Assembly (NCBI GenBank): GCA_032718475.1
Contig: JAUCBJ010007091.1
Coordinates: forward strand, 3,684 to 67,683
Direction of reading: 5' to 3'
Origin: Nemertoderma westbladi
Taxonomy: Eukaryota; Animalia; Xenacoelomorpha
Length of the DNA: 64,000 nucleotides
This document shows positions 33,507 through 48,078 of this stretch, piece by piece; position 1 is the stretch's first letter; each line of letters opens with the position of its first letter. The notes under the pieces were generated by a model. The model did no database searches, had not been told where the DNA came from, and saw only the letters and a list, made by a program, of their open reading frames with translations. A program made the position numbers and the translations under genes.

Positions 33507-35881
33507 CAAGTTTCTACTTATACCAACCAATCATAAATAACAGTTACATTGGAAACTAATATCATAAATAAAGTTGCTTTTACAACTGAATTCTTTATAA
33601 TAAAATCAAGTCTAAACCAAGATGTGTATAATGCGTTTTGAATTTTCATTGATAAAGTAGGTTTTACATGCAAATGTTTTATTATGGTGGTGTAAACTCA
33701 TGCATTTACATGCGAATGTTTTATTCCTAATCCCGTGCTCACATTAAATATAAACTATCACCAATATTTACTCAATAAAGTCACCTTTACATGCAAATAC
33801 TTTATAATAATCACACTTTGTGATAAAAAGTTACCTTTACAAGTCAGTGTGAAACTGAAAAAGAAAAGTCTCTAGTTAATAATAAATCAATCTGATACTG
33901 TTTTTATATGTTCCTTATTGTAATCTGCTACCTCTTCACTTGCTTTTGTAACTTTTATTTTCTTTGTAGATATAGAATCATTGTTGGGAATGGAAGATGT
34001 TTGAGATGTAGATCTGCGCTTTCTATCACTCGAGGTCTCTTCGATGTATGTGTTTGGATTAAATGTGGATGAAACTACTTCTGGAAATGACTTATTAACC
34101 TTAAACTTCCAAGTTGGTGGATATAGAATCACGAAACCGTCTGCTATATCAGTTGATGAAACCTTTAACATCATATCGTAGAGAAACTCTATATATGGTA
34201 TGTCTTTATCGTAATGTAACTGTAAATATTTGCTTTCCTTGTCTGTAATAATTACTTTTTTTTCTTGTACATTTATTTTTACTTTAAGTCGGTCAGATAA
34301 AGCTTTATCGTCCATATCTAGCTCTGAAAAGACACCTTCGTTACTAATTTCATAATTCCATTCATACCACAATGAATTTACTTCCGATGCTGTTAAGTTA
34401 AACCCATTATAATACCTAAGACCAATAGCATCAGAATATCTAGCTGAAATCTCCCATAGTCCCATATAAGTCGCTCCTTTATATTTGCTTACAAAACCAA
34501 CAAAAGATGGGTTGGTTAAATTAACAACATAACACTGATTTATTATTTCGAGTGGTGGTGATAACAATTCTAATATTTCTGTCTTACTCTGAAGCAATAA
34601 ATTAATGATTTGTTTAGAATTTGACATTTGCCTTGCTTCTGAATATATACGTTTTCAGTAATAACACAGGTGGAAATATTTAACTTTCCTCTTGTAAATT
34701 CTATATTAGGATAAATGAAACATGAAATAAAAAATGAAACTGGTGATTCCTTTTGTCGGTTGAATAATATTTCTAAGACGTCTAGAAGGTAGAGTGTATC
34801 CTGGTAAGAGAAGCACGTTGTTACATTGTTATCGCTTGAGAGTAATATAAAGTACTTGCCATAAACAATACTACAGGTATATTTATTAAATGTAAATTTC
34901 CAAGTATTGCTTGAAGTTTTTTTAAATAAATCCATAATTAGAATGAAAACTATTTTGAAAAATAAAAACTAAATAAATGATTATTAGATTGTAAAACTTC
35001 TGTTTATATGGTTGCTTTAATACAGCAGAGTGACTTACAGTGAGGAATATAGTAGATTTGTGTAACAGATGCAACGTGTACAGCTAAATTTATTACATTA
35101 GCGTGAGTTAGAGAGTGAAATAGCAGTAACGTGTAACAGATGCAACGTAATCAATGCTAGCCCTATCATTCTAACTTATATTCAAATTAGTTGATCGAAC
35201 AGTTACATCGATAAAATAAATCGATTATTATTAATAGTCGAATTAATGTATTCTACGCTATAGTAATTATGTTAAGGAACTAGAAGCTATTTATAATCAT
35301 CTGCTACCAGTGATGAAGATGAAGAATTCAATGACTATGCTATAACTCAGATATTTATCGCCTTTTTCTCTCGAGGTTGGATGGAAGAGTGATTGGTGAG
35401 TTGTGAGGAGTTATATCAGTCCCGGGTTCGAACCCTGTTGAATATTTTGTTATCTGAAAAATTGCAAAATTAAATTTAGTTACTAGTGAAAAATAGCGAT
35501 TTGAAAAATAATAGAAGTTACCTGATGCTAAGTGTAGACACCCGAACACCTGTAAAATAAAGGTTGGTGAAAAATTGCGATTTGAAAAATAATAGAAGTT
35601 ACCTGATGCTAAGTGTAGACACCCGGACACCTGTAAAATAAAGGCTTATGATTGGATGCAGTACTAGCGTTAGGTGACTAATAACGCCTCTAGCGGAATA
35701 AGCGGGAACTTGAGAAGTTGCCATGGTTACGGATGAAATGCTGTCATCTGATTGGTTGAAATAATAACGACCACTGGTAAAGGTTGAAATGGTGGCTTCT
35801 GATTGGCTGCAGTACTAGAAATGGACGGTAATGATGGGCTATGGGTGACTCTGATGCCGTCTCCATGTAATATATACTACT
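33347..35881. mobile_element. Second, orphan Polinton right end (near-identical to 26370-28872)
   Basis: Direct repeat including the TIR; different outer flank (GGCATG); starts at a (TA)n run. Confidence 0.92.
33887..34935 (-). pseudogene. Frameshifted copy of the PC4-like ORF
   Basis: Same sequence as 26892-27935 with a 4-bp deletion near 34608. Confidence 0.8.
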
Positions 35882-37184
35882 GGCATGTCACAATTCTTAT
35901 TATATTTAATAGGGCGTTACCCAGTAAGCAACCGAGGGTGGACTCTCTATAGCCGAGGGGCACTTGTATAATAACTAATAATCACGAACCCCGTCCTCTT
36001 GTAATATACACCTAACTCTGCAGTAGTCAGTAGTAGTAGTAATAGTAGTTAGTAGTAGTAGAATAAGAGTGAGAAAGAGAGAGAGAAAGAGAAATAGAGA
36101 GAGAGAGAGAGAGAGAGTGAGAGGAAGTAGAGTAGAATAAGATACGGATTCATAATTATTGTATCAAACTCATGTACTACTTACTTCAATGTGCCAATTG
36201 TAATAATAATTAAACATTACTCTGATTACGCTGAGTTTGGCCCCATAAGATATTATACTGACGTATTTTATATTAATATATCCATGCGAGTAAACAAGAA
36301 GTGAAGTAAATGTTTATTATTATAGTTTTAGAAATTGAGTGATATACCCAAGATAGTGAAATATATAATATACCAGAAATTGCAATTTGATCAGATGTAT
36401 CAAAGCGGCGTCTTTAGTATAATACAAATCACTCTGTTATACAATGTAAATATACTAAATCTATTTATAAATATATTATGAGCCCTACATTGTATATTTC
36501 TCTACAGGTAGACAATGTAGTATGTTAAAACTTGATATAATTTGGTATAATGTATAACATACTACAAATAAGACTGAGGCAGCTAAACTATATTGCAAAG
36601 AAATCAAATATCCTAAAGTAATATACTAGACCATCCCTCCACCCTATAAATAGTGTTCACCACCTACCCCACCCACCACCCTTATTACTACATAATAATG
36701 AAAGATAGTACTGGCGCTCCGGTCACTCCATTCCCTCCGCTGGGGGGGTTAAGTACTAGGTTTTGACACTATGCAAAATCCGAGCACAGAGTTAGAAGCG
36801 CATTGGATAGGCGAACATTTCTTGCAGTGAAAGTATTTCCATATCTGTTATAGTTTTCGAGATAGTCAGACATGAGTAGCAAAAATTTGAATTTTTTTCG
36901 GTAAAGTCTGATTTCACCGGTACCTGTCATCCGAAATAAGGATTATGATATATCGTTAGATGCGGGTCCACTAACTGTACATTCACATTTTTTCAAGAAA
37001 AAAATTCGATCAAGGGTTTTTGAAATATTTTCGAATTACCGGAAGCAGACTTTGGACGACCATATCTCCGGTACCGGTAGGCCTATTGAGTCGAAATTTT
37101 TTTTAATCTACTTAGAACACTCCAGTGAATGTTTTTTAGTTTGAAAGTTTTGCCCCAAAATGCTTAGAAGTAATTTCGAAAAAA

Positions 37185-38135
37185 CTGATCATTTCGCGAT
37201 CATGATCTTTTGACTCCCTAGAATTGTACTTTTTTATGGTCAAATTTTGGCTACCCCCCCTAATTCGAGGGTGAGGAATCTTTTTGTAATGTTAAGTTTT
37301 TTCATACGGTGAACTCACAGGACTTGGTCTTCGAAATAAAACCGAAAACATGATCTTTCCTGATCATGGCCTGATCAAATCGCTTTTTGAAAATTTCGAA
37401 ATGCCCAAAAGTTGCCGCTTCTTAATAGAAGTCGATTAATAAAAAAAAAATCGGGGGTCTCAAACAAAGTTTTCGAGAAAATCTGGAAAAACCGAAAAAC
37501 ACGATCTTTTATGATCAGGTATCAGATCTCGAGAACCGGTTGTCCGATCGAGCCAATTTTTTTTTAATCAACTCAGAATAGACCATTGAACATTTCTTAC
37601 AATGAATGTTTATTAGAAAAATGCTTAGATTCGATTTTAAATATACTGATCTTTTCGCGATCATGATCTCGAGTTTTGACCCACTAGACTTGAACCTTTT
37701 TATGCCCAAATTTTGGCTACCCCCCATAATTCGAGGGTGAGGAATCTTTTTGTGATGTTAAGTTTTTCCATACGGTGAACTCCCAGGACTTGGTCTTCGA
37801 AATAAAACCAAAAACACGATCTTTTCTGATCGCGGCCTGATCAAATCGCTTTTTGAAAATTTCGAAATGCTCAAAAGTTGCCCCTTCATCATAGAAGTCG
37901 ATTTGTAAAAAAAAAATCGGGGGTCTCAAACAAAGTTTTCGAGAAAATTTGAAAAAACCGAAAAATATGATCTTTAATGATCAGGTATCAGATCTCGAGA
38001 ACCGGTTGTCCGATCGAGCCAATTTTTTTTTTAATCGACTCAGGGCGGTGTTCTGAACGTTCTGAACAGTAATTGTTTATATCCAAAATGCTTAGTTACG
38101 ATTTTACGAAGTCTGATCTTGGCGCGATCATGATC
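37185..38135. repeat. Two tandem ~470-bp units within an unclassified repeat
   Basis: aattttggctaccccc..taattcgagggtgaggaatc at ~37243 and ~37710; gatcaggtatcagatctcgag at ~37513 and ~37979. Confidence 0.8.
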
Positions 38136-39299
38136 TTGCGTTTTGATCAGGAAGAATTCACTTTTTTTTAAATCTTTTAACGGGAATCATGACTAATGTG
38201 GGGTCGCTGATTCTTTTTGTAATGTTAAGTTTTTCGATTGGAGCAAGCCTTGAGTGTCCGAATCCTGATCAAAACTGATCTTTGATGATCATGGTCAAGA
38301 TCATGATCTGATCGCTCCAAAAAAAGTTTTTTTAATGTAAACCCTATGCTGCCTATCGATTGGCGCCGGTCCCAAGTCCGTAGCATTAGCGGTTCTGGAG
38401 ATTCCTGCATAGCAACGAGGTTGCTAGGGAGGCTGACTTTTTGACTCAAATTGGCCCTAGCCGGAGAACCGTAGACTTTTGAAACGTAATGTATATGGGA
38501 AAAAGTCTTCTAGATAAATTTTGGGGGGGGGGGGGTCTAGGAACATCCTATTGTTGGTTTTCGCTTAGTTGCTGAGATCTTGTGCTCCCTAAAATTCCGG
38601 TCCATCTATAAAGGCGTTGCAATGACTAGAACCGTGGCCGGGCACGGATACGAGTTCTCCGAACATGATAACCTGCGGTTGGGGCCCTGACCGTCTAGTT
38701 AGTCAGATAGTAGAACGTTAGTCTTGGCTTGGAAGTCGGAGCTGTCCTCCCAGGCATATAGGACATGCTAATTACCTGTACAAGTAACACCAAACCCGTC
38801 GGTCAACTACGTTGTAAAATTTTTAGGTCAATTATTTTATATTAGATAATTTGTTAATTTTGTTCGAAGATATAAAATATTAAATTTGTATTGTATTTAT
38901 ATTAGTGATAAATAATACAATACATTTTAGTGATTATAAAAGTTAACCGTATTTACTAACCTAGCAACTTACACCATGTCCTGAAATAGTGTGTCGTAAT
39001 TCCCACAAATTTTTCTACAAATCGTAATGAGATTGAATGAAATTTGAAACAGAGATAGTTTCATCTCCTTCCTCCTTAGTGGCTGAGCCAGGACTTTTAT
39101 TTTTGCTTTCATTCATTAGATATAAGCGTTTTTATGAGATAAACAAAATCTTCAAAAAAAATAAACGCGACTATTTATCAATTAGTATCTAGTTATTGAA
39201 TAAAAAAGTTTAGAACGATTCGATGTGCGATATTCGAAATATTAGCATATTATCAACATTATGGAACGCGAAATTAAATACCCACAACTACACTTTTAC

Positions 39300-39815
39300 A
39301 GCTGAACAACATTCTTTAATACAGTGTCACATGGACTACAGTATGCATGCTCTTCTTGGTATGAAGGCTTAACCAAACAGCTTAAATGTAAATTACAAGT
39401 AGCTCAGAATAAAGTAGTACGATTTATTAAAGACTACAAACCTAGGCACCACCTAACTCCAGATGACTTTTCTGAATCTGGACTACTTAACTTAGATAGT
39501 AGAGTTAAGCAGCTACGCCTTAACCATGTGCATAAAGTGTATAATGGTAAATGTCCCAATTACCTAAAACAAAAATTCAACAGAGTACGCGATACACACA
39601 CTCTTACAGTCCCAGAGCTAGTGCTTCAAACTTCTACCTCCCGAATTGTAAATCCTTCGAATCTGATCTTTCTTTTTTAACGGCATTAAAAATTGGAACG
39701 CTCTGCCTAATGAAATTAAAAACCTAAATAATCAACATTCTTTTAAATCTGCAGTTAAATCTCACCTCCGTGTGCAATGTAAAAATAGGTACAATAGTCC
39801 TACAGTAAGTTATTA
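39300..39815 (+). mobile_element. CR1/L2-like LINE 3' fragment
   Basis: YACSSWY..L...LK.KLQVAQNKVVRFI, and downstream WNALP..IK. Confidence 0.7.
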
Positions 39816-39822
39816 GTTTATT

Positions 39823-40933
39823 AACTAGAGACGGGCCTAGCGGCCCGTGAAGCAAGTCGTAGGAGACAGTACGAATTAAGTAAAAGCTTTTTGTTCTGTC
39901 TGATAATCAATTAGTGTGAGGGTAGTCCCGGTGGTGTACGAAAAATTTTCTAGACAACTTCAAACTATAATTATTATGTTGTAATCATCTAAATGAATTA
40001 TAAAAGCTGTTGTGATTATAGAAGATAGAGAGCAGTTAGCGAAATGATTATTTTATTCTATCGGATAGAGTAGTCGGAGTCTCAGAGAGGAGTCGAGGTG
40101 TCAATTGATTAATAATAACAATAACAGCAGTTGTCATGAATTCAATACAATCGCGCACAAGAAGTGAAAAGACAAATTCGTTCTTATTTTTGTAATAAAT
40201 AAAACAAGTTGAGATGTTTCAATGTAAACCGCGATTAACAATTTACACTGTTCAATGTAAACCACGATATAATTATTATAACAGATTTTTATATTTCAAA
40301 CTATAATGTTAGCCTTATGGAGAATCATTATGAGGCTGAGTAAACATTCAGCCTTATAAGCATACACCCTCCACAGTATTAATGTTGGCACAAAGATTTC
40401 AAAATAAAACAATAATGCGATGAGAGCATAGTACAGTACAATACACTGTGCAGCCAACACACTGTTTAACTAACAGTAATTTAGCTTGCACGCCAATTAA
40501 TTAACATAGCAAGGATGCATTGGGAAGAGTTATTCAGCTGAGACTGTAATAGCCAGCTAAACCAGTTAATGTTTTGTTTGATTATTGTCTGGGTTGTAGA
40601 GTAGAGTGATAAAAAACTTGGCAGAGAAAGTACTTCTTTGTTAGTTGCCCTTCCTATTGAATGCATTACCAGGCCATCTCTATACATTTTTCATGAGTGC
40701 CAGCTGGTGTTTTAACATTGCGCCTATGGCAATTTTCGTGTTTTGGGGCTATTTTTCGAAATAAAACAAGTTGAGATGTTTCAATTTAAACAGCGATTTC
40801 ACAAATACCCTTAGAAATCCATTTTCATGGTCCATGCAAAATTTCATCAAAATCGTTAGAGCCGTTTTTGCTCTAGGTCAGTAGTCAGTAGCTTTTTTTT
40901 CTTACAGTAATCAAGTCTAACGACTTGCTAATT
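39823..40933 (-). mobile_element. Helentron-like family A copy
   Basis: Homologous to 1317-1491 plus 2489-3448; subTIR AGCAAGTCGT / ACGACTTGCT. Confidence 0.7.
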
Positions 40934-41384
40934 ATTTACTATTTATACTGTAATTACGTTTTATAATAAATTGTTCTGTACATTACATATTTATCGTTGA
41001 GTCGGACATTGTCTCGCTCTCGGTAAAGTTGTACATGTACGTACATAGTGTAATTACGTTTTATATTGGTTTTAGGTTAGCGTAGTGTAATATTGTATTT
41101 GTAACCAAGTAACATAAAGGACCCCCTTGGAAATAAGCTGCAAAGCTTTAGGGGTAATCCTATATGTTATGTTGGACAATACCTTTATACCGGTACATTG
41201 TTTGGTGTATTTATTATTGTTTTTACATAATGTATAAATAAATCTATCTATAAATCGATCTATCATTTCACTACATTATTTATATTATTATTGTTCATCT
41301 CTATTCAGTCAGTTAGTTTATATATCGTATGTATCTACTGTCATCGTAATATTGTCATCGTCATAATACTGTCTGTCATCAACT

Positions 41385-41921
41385 GAGGGTAAGCTCAATT
41401 ATAATGTAAAGGCTTAGTAGGTTTTGTATATCTAGGGCGTTTACAACAGCTGTCGATTAAACTAACAAAACCAGAAAACTGAACCAGGAACCAGTGTGCC
41501 AGCCGGGTACCAACGGGTGTTGGGTAGACTTTGGAAGATTTCACAAACTTTCATAGGAGGCTTGTACAAGTACATGTACATTATATTGGTTGCTCCGATG
41601 TTTTTATTAGGCTAACTGAGAATGTATTAGGTATAAATAATTCGAGTTCTTTATTTTATTTATCTAATACAGTAAGATCCCTTCGCAGAATAAACTGCTC
41701 TTTTGGGCCGTTTCTCAGGTTGCGGATATGGATACCATTTCACACATCATCGTAGTAATTGTGATTATGATTTGTTTGCCTAGGCGAATGTGTATTACAT
41801 TAAATGGGAGGCAGTTTTTTGGTTGATGCAAGGCATTCATGGTTTGCATCTTCCAATCCCATCTGTTTCATGGAGTCTGTATAAGACAGGTTCGTTTAAA
41901 GCCATCTTGATGGCGTTCTAG
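41385..41921 (+). mobile_element. Helentron-like family B partial copy
   Basis: Reverse complement of ~1492-2010; ends GCCATCTTGATGGCGTTCTAG. Confidence 0.65.
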
Positions 41922-42124
41922 TTTAATAGAATAAAAATGTGCTGCAGCGGAAGTAATTACATGCCACTTTCGAATGCCCCTATCTCAGCTATTTCCCAAC
42001 CAAATTCAAATATATTTACATATTTGAAATCCTTGCAGGGCCAGCTTTCTATCGCGCAATAAGTTCGAAGAGTAATTATAGTAGGACTGGTGCAATATCG
42101 ACGGAGACATTTTTTAAACGCTTA

Positions 42125-43190
42125 TACTACTACTAGGTCGAACGAACTCGGACAGTGGAAATGAGATCCTTCCAGGCTTCCCGATTCTCCAAAGTTGTCG
42201 CAATTTTGTTTCTCGCAAGTTCAGTATCCCTTTCAAGCGGGTCTATATATGTTATCGGTCTTACGTTATCGGTCGTCCACGGCTACGCTTTCCATGAGTT
42301 GGTTGCCAGAAAAGTAGATCTGGTATGACCTCGTCTTTACTTCGCCAGCAGTGCCCACTGAATCTTAATCTGCGTTCACGGATGGTGGTTGATACAGGTG
42401 GTATTGTACCACAAATCTCGGCGTGATGTCTCCAGCTGATGTTTAGGGTTGCCCTTAGTAGTCTTGTGTAGCAACCATCAAATCGTTGTTCAAGTGATTT
42501 AGTCAGTGTCCAGGTCTCACCCCCGTATATAAGTACACTTTCTACTGTTGCTCGAAAGAACTTAGTCTTCAGGTGCCTGGAGAGATCTGATTTCCAGATG
42601 GTATCCATTTTTGATAGAGCTACCCAAGCCTTTGCTTTCCTAACTTCTATGTCCTTTTTGCTACTCTCTATCCATGATCCAAGGTACTGGAAGTCGTCAA
42701 CCTTCCTTAGTTGATTAATATCTATTGTTTTCAAGTTTCCATCAACATTAAAAGTCATGAATTCGGTCTTGGTAGCATTTATATGCAATCCAACCTCCTT
42801 AGCAGTCCTCTCCACTTTATTCAGTAGAAACTGTGCATCTGCTGGCATATTAGAGAATAGGGCGATGTCATCCGCAACGTCGTCGGTGTCTGTGACTGTA
42901 GTTGCCGGATATCTACTACATCTGCGTTCTTGAAGTGTGAATCCCAGATCTTCACCCTTTGTGGCCGTCCTCATTGCGAAATCCAGCACAATTACAAATA
43001 GTAATGGTGCTAATGTCTCACCTTGCAGTACGCCAGCCAGGATTGAGAAAAACTCAGTTTCACTATCTGGTGAGAGTACCTGTGCTTCTGTGTCACAATA
43101 TAACAATCCAATGCCAGCAACAATTACTTCTGGTAATCCGAAATTTCTTAGGATTTCCAGTATTTTACCTCTATGGAAGGTCTTACCTAT
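42125..43190 (-). mobile_element. RTE-clade LINE, 5'-truncated
   Basis: GVLQGETLAPLLF, ADDIAL, FQYLGS, RRLRFSGHCWR; (TAG)n tail. Confidence 0.88.
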
Positions 43191-43719
43191 GGAAGGTTTT
43201 ACCTCTATGGATACCTCTCGTATGCATTCTTGCACACCCGTAACGAGGAGGGAGATGAAACGAACTATGTTTAAAATCCCATGCAATCTCATTACGATTT
43301 GTAAAAAAATTGGGGTGGGGGGGGGGGGGGGGGCGGGGTGGTTGTGGTGTCACTGAATTACGACACTATATTCCAGGACATGGTGTAGAGTACGTTCAAT
43401 TTACAAAATACCAAATATTACCCTTATTCATGCAAAGATACGTACGCAATAACCCAGCCTGGGACTTCTAGAATATTAATTTCTACCAGAATGGGAAACG
43501 GTATAATCGCAAATACTATTTGGGACCTACTTTCTGAGTTTTGCATGTGGTGTTTTTTTTAGGAATCATCAAATCTAGACCACTACCATTTGAGTTTCTC
43601 TCGACGGCTTTCAATAATTTATGTTGCATTAGTTGCGCAGATTTCTCAGCTTTACACATTAATATAAACTTAGGAATTATGGCATACAGTATTCAATCTC
43701 TCAACATTTTTTACCCTAT

Positions 43720-44872
43720 AATTAATTATTTTACGTATAAAATTAATTTATTCACCCTAAAAATACCGTGAAAAAATTAATTTATTCACCCTAAAAATAG
43801 CGTGAAAACATTAATTTATTCACCCTAAAAATAGCGTATAAAATTAATTTATTCACCCTAAGAATAGCGTGAAAAAATTAATTTATTCGCCCTAAAAATA
43901 GCGCGAAAACATTAATTTATTCACCCTAAAAATAGCGCGTATAAAATTAATTTATTCACCCTAAGAATAGCGTGAAAAATTAATTTATTCACCCTAAAAA
44001 TAGCGTGAAAAAATTAATTTATTCATCATAAAAATAGCGTGAAAACATTAATTTATTCGCCCTAAAAATAGCGTGAAAAAATTAATTTATTCACCCTAAA
44101 AATAGCGTTAAAACACCCTATGAAAACATTAATTTATTCACCCTAAAAATAGCGTGAAAAAAAAATTTATTCGCCCTAAAAATAGCGTGAAAAATTACTT
44201 TATTCACCCTAAAAATAGCGTAAAAACTTTAATTTATTCACCCTAAAAATAGCGTAAAAAATTAATTTATTCACCCTAAAAATAGCGTAAAAAATTAATT
44301 TATTCACCCTAAAAATAGCGTAAAAAATAATTTATTCACCCTAAAAATAGCGTTAAAACATTAATTTATTCGCCCTAAAAATAGCGTGAAAATTTACTTT
44401 ATTCACCCTAAAAATAGCGTAAAAACATTAATTTATTCACCCTAAAATTAGCGTAAAAAATTAATTTATTTACCCTAAAAATAGCGTGAAAATATTAATT
44501 TATTCACCCTAAAAATAGCGTGAAAAATTAATTTATTCACCCTAAAAATAGCGTGAAAACATTAATTTATTCACCCTAAAAATAGCGTGAAAAAAAAAAT
44601 TTATTCGCCCTAAAAATAGCGTGAAAAATTACTTTATTCACCCTAAAAATAACGTAAAAACATTAATTTATTCACCCTAAAAATAGCGTAAAAAATTAAT
44701 TTATTCACCCTAAAAATAGCGTAAAAAATTAATTTATTCACCCTAATAATAGCGTAAAAAATTAATTTATTCACCCTAAAAATAGCGTGAAAAAATTTCA
44801 TCCTAAAAATAGCGTGAAAAAATTAATTTATTCACCCTAAAAATAGCGTGAAAAACCCTAAAAATAGCGTGA
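43720..44872. repeat. ~33-bp AT-rich minisatellite
   Basis: Tandem aaaattaatttattcaccctaaaaatagcgtg. Confidence 0.95.
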
Positions 44873-45029
44873 GAAAAGTAGTCGTGATTGGACAATTACA
44901 ATAATACACATAGTAGGCCTCCTTCCAAATTCAAGGGGTGATTCTACTGTATTGGGGAGGGGGGGAGGGGGGGGGGGGGGGGTAAGCCCCCTACGGTTTT
45001 TCTTATTTTGTATATTGTAGTATATTGTA

Positions 45030-45919
45030 GTTCAAGTGATTACCTTGTAGCTCAAGTGATTAATTTTAGCTCAAGTGATTACTTTTCAGCTCAATCAAGT
45101 GATTACTTTGTAGCTCACGTGATTACTTTGTTGCTCAAGTGATTACTTTGCAGCTCAAGTGATTACTTTACAGCTCAAGTGATTACTTTGCAGCTCCAGT
45201 GATTACTTTGCAGCTCAAGTGATTACTTTGCAGCTCAAGTGATTACTTAGCAGCTCAAGTGATTACTTTGCAGCTCAAGTGATTACTTTGCAGCTCAAGT
45301 GATTACTTTGCATCTCAAGTGATTACTTTGCAGCTCAAGTGATTACTTAGCAGCTCAAGTGATTACTTTGCAGCTCAAGTGATTACTTTGCAGCTCAAGT
45401 GATTACTTTGCATCTCAAGTGATTACTTTGCAGCTCAAGTGATTACTTTGCATCTCAAGTGATTACTTTGCAGCTCAAGTGATTACTTTGCTGCTCAAGT
45501 GATTACTTTGCATCTCAAGTGATTACTTTACAGCTCAAGTGATTACTTTGCAGCTCAAGTGATTACTTTGTAGCTCAAGTGATTAATTTTTAGCTGAAGT
45601 GATTACTTTTCAGCTCAATCAAGTGATTACTATGTAGCTCAAGTGATTACTTTGCAGCTCAAGTGATTACTTTGTAGCTCAAATGATTACTTTGTAGCTC
45701 AAGTGATTACTTTGCAGCTCAGGTGATTACTTTGTAGATCAAGTGATTAATTTTTAGCTCAAGTGATTACTTTTCAGCTCAATCAAGTGATTACTTTGTA
45801 ACTCAAGTGATTACTTTGCAGCTCAAGTGATTACTTTGCATCTTAAGTGATTACTTTGCAGCTCAAGTGATTACTTTGTAGCTCAAGTGATTTAAATTTT
45901 AGCTCAAGTGATTACTTTT
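45030..45919. repeat. 20-bp minisatellite (resumes at 54403-54565)
   Basis: Tandem gctcaagtgattactttgca. Confidence 0.95.
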
Positions 45920-46680
45920 ACGAAACACAGCCTGGTGACATATATTACGCACCGGGAGAGGGGTACAGAGTGTACCGAGATGAGGAGGATGAGATAAGAA
46001 GGGATCGAAGGGAAACTTCCCGTTGGAATGTAGCTGTCGATCGACGATATGGTAGTCGTGGGGAGGAGTTCTCGGAATATTTGAGAAGATTAAACTTCGG
46101 TCCGGAGGAGCACATTCAGACTGCATGACATACTGTAGGTCTTACTGAATATACTATAGGCCATGCTGGGAGAGATAGTGTAGGTGATAGGGTAGCGCGA
46201 ATGCCGGGATTAAACCCGGAGGTCGCGGCTTACATACCGGTGAGTAGGCAGGAACCTGCTAGGCCTATACCGAGCACACCAGTATGACTATTTTATGCAG
46301 GGATATAACATATACCCAGGGGAGGGGGGGATTTTATGCAGGGATATAACATGATATATCCCACTCAGGGAAGGTCGGCGAGCCCGAGAGGCGAAACACA
46401 CCCAACATTAAAGGAGCCTGTATCTATACCGTCGAGCGTGCTAGAAGTTCAAGAGATGGGAATGGCAACACTCATCGACGCGCTAAAAACTAGAATTGAG
46501 CTGCCACCCATGGAGCCTTTCAAGTTCGATGGTAGCAAGCCGGAAGAATATCTACAGTTCCGGCGTATGTACAGCAAAGAGATTTTGACAAAAAATCTCA
46601 CACAGGCGGAGTGCCTTAAATATATACAAGTCTATACAGGGCCAGGGGGGCCATAGCTTACGACATCGTGAGGCAATACC

Positions 46681-48078
<1,398 letters not shown>

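Larger units (their letters stand above)
38972..43385. mobile_element. TA-flanked TIR element holding nested insertions
   Basis: CACCATGTCCTGAAATAGTGTGTCGTAATTC versus GAATTACGACACTATATTCCAGGACATGGTG; TA on both sides; imperfect inverted similarity extends ~100 bp. Confidence 0.65.

Noticed and set aside
35886-36296. Possible solo LTR (TGTCAC...AAACA) next to the orphan TIR
   Set aside because: No TSD or second copy in the window to fix its boundaries
43720-45919. CRISPR-like appearance of the ~33-bp and 20-bp repeats
   Set aside because: Units are head-to-tail with no unique spacers, no cas genes, and the context is eukaryotic
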